From positions 48,300,001 to 48,364,000 of the forward strand of contig NC_086097.1 in the NCBI RefSeq assembly GCF_963921235.1: a DNA stretch of 64,000 nucleotides. The letters are read 5' to 3'. The position numbers were made by a program, and so were the translations under genes. Source of the stretch: Mobula hypostoma. Lineage: Eukaryota. Of the stretch, positions 60,558-64,000 are shown in pieces. The notes under the pieces are model-generated. The model saw only the letters and a list, made by a program, of their open reading frames with translations, had not been told where the DNA came from and searched no databases. How positions within the stretch are numbered: position 1 is the first letter of the stretch; each line of letters opens with the position of its first letter.

Positions 60558-61396
60558 CAGTGGATTTCTGTTAATTGGGACACACTGGGACCAGCACATT
60601 TTGGCCCAATTGAACAGCTGCCCCAATTAACCAAAGTTTCATGGAAATAGTTAAAAAGGTATAAAGAAGTCAAACTACAGTTTAGTTGTAAAAAGTTATG
60701 TATTTAATTGAAATACAGAACAAACTGGTACACTACTGATACTACTACTGTACTATAAAGTTGTGTGTTAATTCCTAATAATTATTAACCAATTTTCCCC
60801 AGGATTAATAAAGTATGACTATGACTATGACAGAATTCATCCACTGTATGCTGCTGCATTCTTTAGATTGACTGTAAACACAACCAGTGCAGATATTGGG
60901 CTGTCTTCACACAATGCTTTTGACGATTGCATCCTCTAAATCATTGTAACATTCAAGATGATTGTCAATACCTTCAAATTTTTTGTAATTCCTAACTTGT
61001 TGAAGTAGTGAAATTATTTTATTTTAATTCCCGGCCGTTTCTAGCATTACCAAATCTCAATGCTTAAAACCACAGTGAGAAAAATAGCTCTGAATTGTCT
61101 TACTGTTTATTTCTTGTCAAATATCACTGATAAAAATCATTGCTTTTTGAACGGATACTATTTAAAAACTTCACTCTAAGCACGGTGTAATGCCTAACAG
61201 CCACACAAGTGCATGTGACTGACGCTAGCTGGAAACTCTTCGGCAATAGTCTGTTGTTCCAGTTCAGTGGCATAGTGTCCCAAATAAGTGAAGGGAATCC
61301 CGGCTATGTTATCAATTCATTTTTGACCTTTCAGAGTTTTCCCAAATAAGCAGGCTGCCCCAATTAAATGATGTCCCAATCAACTGGAATCCACTG
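60558..61396. mobile_element. Non-autonomous pogo/Tigger-like DNA transposon (MITE)
   Basis: TIRs CAGTGGATTTCTGTTAATTGGGACA / TGTCCCAATCAACTGGAATCCACTG with TA flanks. A subterminal GCTGCCCCAATTAA repeat occurs near both ends. Confidence 0.85.
60790..60830 (+). mobile_element. ~40-bp LINE tail-only insertion
   Basis: TTTCCCCAGGATTAATAAAG(TATGAC)n. A near-identical copy lies at 62935-62971. Confidence 0.6.
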
Positions 61397-62934
61397 TATT
61401 TCTAACAACAGTCAAGATGAAACACCATCAACATCTAGCAGATCTGCCAAGGTCAAAGTAGTAACAATGTACTACTGCGTAGTACTGCGTAGATCACAAG
61501 GAGTTCAAATATGTCAATCAGAATAGGGGAAGCTATTAATGTCTGTAATATTGGTTGTGAAGAATGATTGTTGCTTTAAAACTGTTACATTATAAGGACT
61601 GTGCCATGTGACTACATACTTTCTCAGGTACAGCGTTAAATATACTAAATACCAGAGACAGACTGTGAGAATACCTAAATAAACTTCACATGAGCTACTT
61701 TCACATATCAGCCGGTGAACTCTGCAATGAACTTTGCTGGAAATTGATATATTGAACACACACATTTACACTCAGACAATATGGCTTGATCATGGTCTAA
61801 CGTTCACCCATCTACTCTCACTGACTTACCCCTATGGTCTAAAAAGGCCTCTATTTTACAATTTTCATCTTTGTTTTCAAAGCCCTTAAAAAGATCATTC
61901 TTCCTTATTTCCCTTCCCTCCAGGAACAGAAGCTCCACAGGCCTTGAAATCCACCAGGTCTACCTTTTATTAAGATATGGCATGGAAACATTAAAAACAT
62001 TATATTTAGATTTTGAATTACATTTATTTTACACCTGTTTTTGTGTACTAATTAATACGGTGTACAATTTTAAATCTCCACCCGATCAGCTCTTGGTTTT
62101 TCTAAATTTGGAATTCCTTGGTATTCTAAAATTGTTATCCTTTTCCCCCTCTGCAAAGTATCAGTGAAGGTTACTTGATCACACATTTTTTATGGGTAGG
62201 AATAATTAGCAAAATGCAGAAAATCATTGCGATGTCCTGACGAGGAGAGGCTTTGATAAGGGGAGAAAAGCAGAAAATGCTGGAACCATACAGTAGGTGA
62301 CATAGTGCTATGGAAATGGATCTGCTGGTTACATAGCTGCAAATATTACTTTAATTAGATACACAGTCCACCACATGATCTATGGCCTCTGACGAGATCT
62401 TCCAACTAAACAAGTAAGGTGACTTGTTGACTCATTGTCCTTCTGGATAAAATATGAATGCACCTGATGTTGGGTAACCAGGCTCCTGCATGATGCAAAT
62501 GTTTGATCTATCTCAATTTAATACGGATCTTCATCTGAAACCATGAACTTAACTCAGAAGTATCATCTCTGTGGAAAATGATTGGCTCTTTATTTGCAGG
62601 GGTAAGCTATCAAGTTTTTGATCACTGCTAGGCTCCTATATGGTAATCAGCTAGGGTAAGATTGTTTAGCATGCTTGATTTAATTAAATGCCTGATGATT
62701 TACTTCTCTGAAAAGGTTGACTTTTAAATATTTAACAATTCTTATTGGCCGTTATGGTAGTTCAGTAATTGTAGGCATTACTCTATGATACAAGGTCATT
62801 TAGCAACACACTTAGCACATTTTTGTTTCCTGTGACTGCTCTATGCCAATCGTAACTGCTGCAATCTCTCATTGTCATCTCTTTCATCCCTTAAATATCT
62901 CATTAAACATTTCAATTCAGACATTGTTTCACCC

Positions 62935-62971
62935 AGTTTCCCCCGGGATCAATAAAGTATGACTATGACTG
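62935..62971 (+). mobile_element. ~40-bp LINE tail-only insertion
   Basis: AGTTTCCCCCGGGATCAATAAAG(TATGAC)n. Compare the Rex-like end at 51245-51275. Confidence 0.6.
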
Positions 62972-64000
62972 TATTGGCCCCCACGCTTACTTCTCCACCA
63001 GCCCACTTCTCACATCCCTCCTTCCTCACCCCCACCTTGAAGAAACTGTAATGAACAAGGCTAGCTTGTAATTTTCGTTCTTTTCCATTAGGAGTCCTTG
63101 GATTTCCTCTACAAATTGAAATTGGAGATTGCACCCTGTCAAAACCATTCCTGCCACATTCCCTTCACATTTTTCTGTTAAATCATGGGCTTAGTGTTAA
63201 TGAACATAATCTTTGAGTTTGATGATGTTTAAATTTAAAAATCCAAATTGTATGGCAGGATGTCACTTTGACAGTTGAGACATCTTGTCATGGTGTGAGT
63301 GAGTGCATTGTTACTCTCTTTCTTGTTCTTTTTCTGTTGATTTTTATGAAACTAGATTTTTAGCTAAGTGGATTATATGATCTCAATATGATCAGGTTAA
63401 CCCTTGCTTTTTACTTGCAGCAATATAAACAAATATTTTTGAGGATCGACCTTCTCACATTTTCGGCATGGATTATACAGGGTATAGATTTGGGAACATG
63501 ATAAGGGGAATAAAAGCCAGGAATAAAGTTTCTAATCCCAGTCATGATGTTGTAGATGAAGACATAAAAGAGTAAGGGGGTGAAATTCACCCTGAATGGC
63601 ACCCACTAAATACTGCTCATTGGATTCTACTTTAGAAATGTAGTTTAATTACACTGTAACATGCAATGGATGAATTTCTATGATTTAGAAATGTCAATCT
63701 CTTTGCTTTGAGAAAAGCTCTTAGTTAAATAACACAGGTCTCTTCAATTATTTCACATGTTTAATACTCTATTTAACTTCTGGATAGAATTTTACACAGC
63801 TGTTACTATTCTCCAGTATTATTTGTCCTCTTTTTCACTTTCACAAGGTAGTTCACTTACTGAAGTGAAATCCAGAGACCTGGCCATTGATCGAATCATT
63901 GATGCAGAAGCATGAGTTGAAACCCATCATGGCAAAGAGGAGAAGCTAGTTCACTAACGTCCTCTGGAAAAGAAAATCTGCTGTTGTGCCAGTTTTGTTG

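Noticed and set aside
61471..61492. Tandem duplication TACTGCGTAG x2
   Set aside because: A single 10-bp slippage event with no wider pattern.
63835..63910. Possible exon after a pyrimidine tract (TCACAAG|GTAGTTCA...)
   Set aside because: The frame is short, has no recognisable homology and has no supporting partner exon.

Overview
This is vertebrate genomic DNA. The repeat landscape (CR1, Penelope, Rex1-like, V-SINE, Deu-SINE) points to a cartilaginous fish, probably a ray, but that is an inference. The only host gene I can support is the 3' end of KIF26A on the + strand. It has four coding exons (10449-10642, a 24-nt microexon at 11118-11141, 11284-11434 and 13375-13553) and a 3' UTR of about 1.2 kb. 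A full-length but decayed L1 (2636-8953, minus strand, 14-bp TSD) sits in the preceding intron and carries a nested solo LTR and a CR1 tail. The remaining ~49 kb is intergenic and dense in transposons: CR1, Rex1/Babar-like, RTE, Penelope, an R4/Dong remnant in a (TAA)n target, Tc1, a Tigger-like MITE, hAT, a chromoviral Gypsy fragment and solo LTRs. A few TE-poor blocks may be regulatory. The most striking hidden signal is about 10-13 dispersed copies of a minimal hammerhead ribozyme motif (consensus CAGTC-CTGANGA-AGGGTCTCGGCCY-GAAA-CGTC-GACTG) at the termini of Penelope elements and on ~130-160-bp stand-alone modules, with apparent stem covariation between copies. No searches were run: TE family names come from motif recognition, and boundaries of old copies are approximate.
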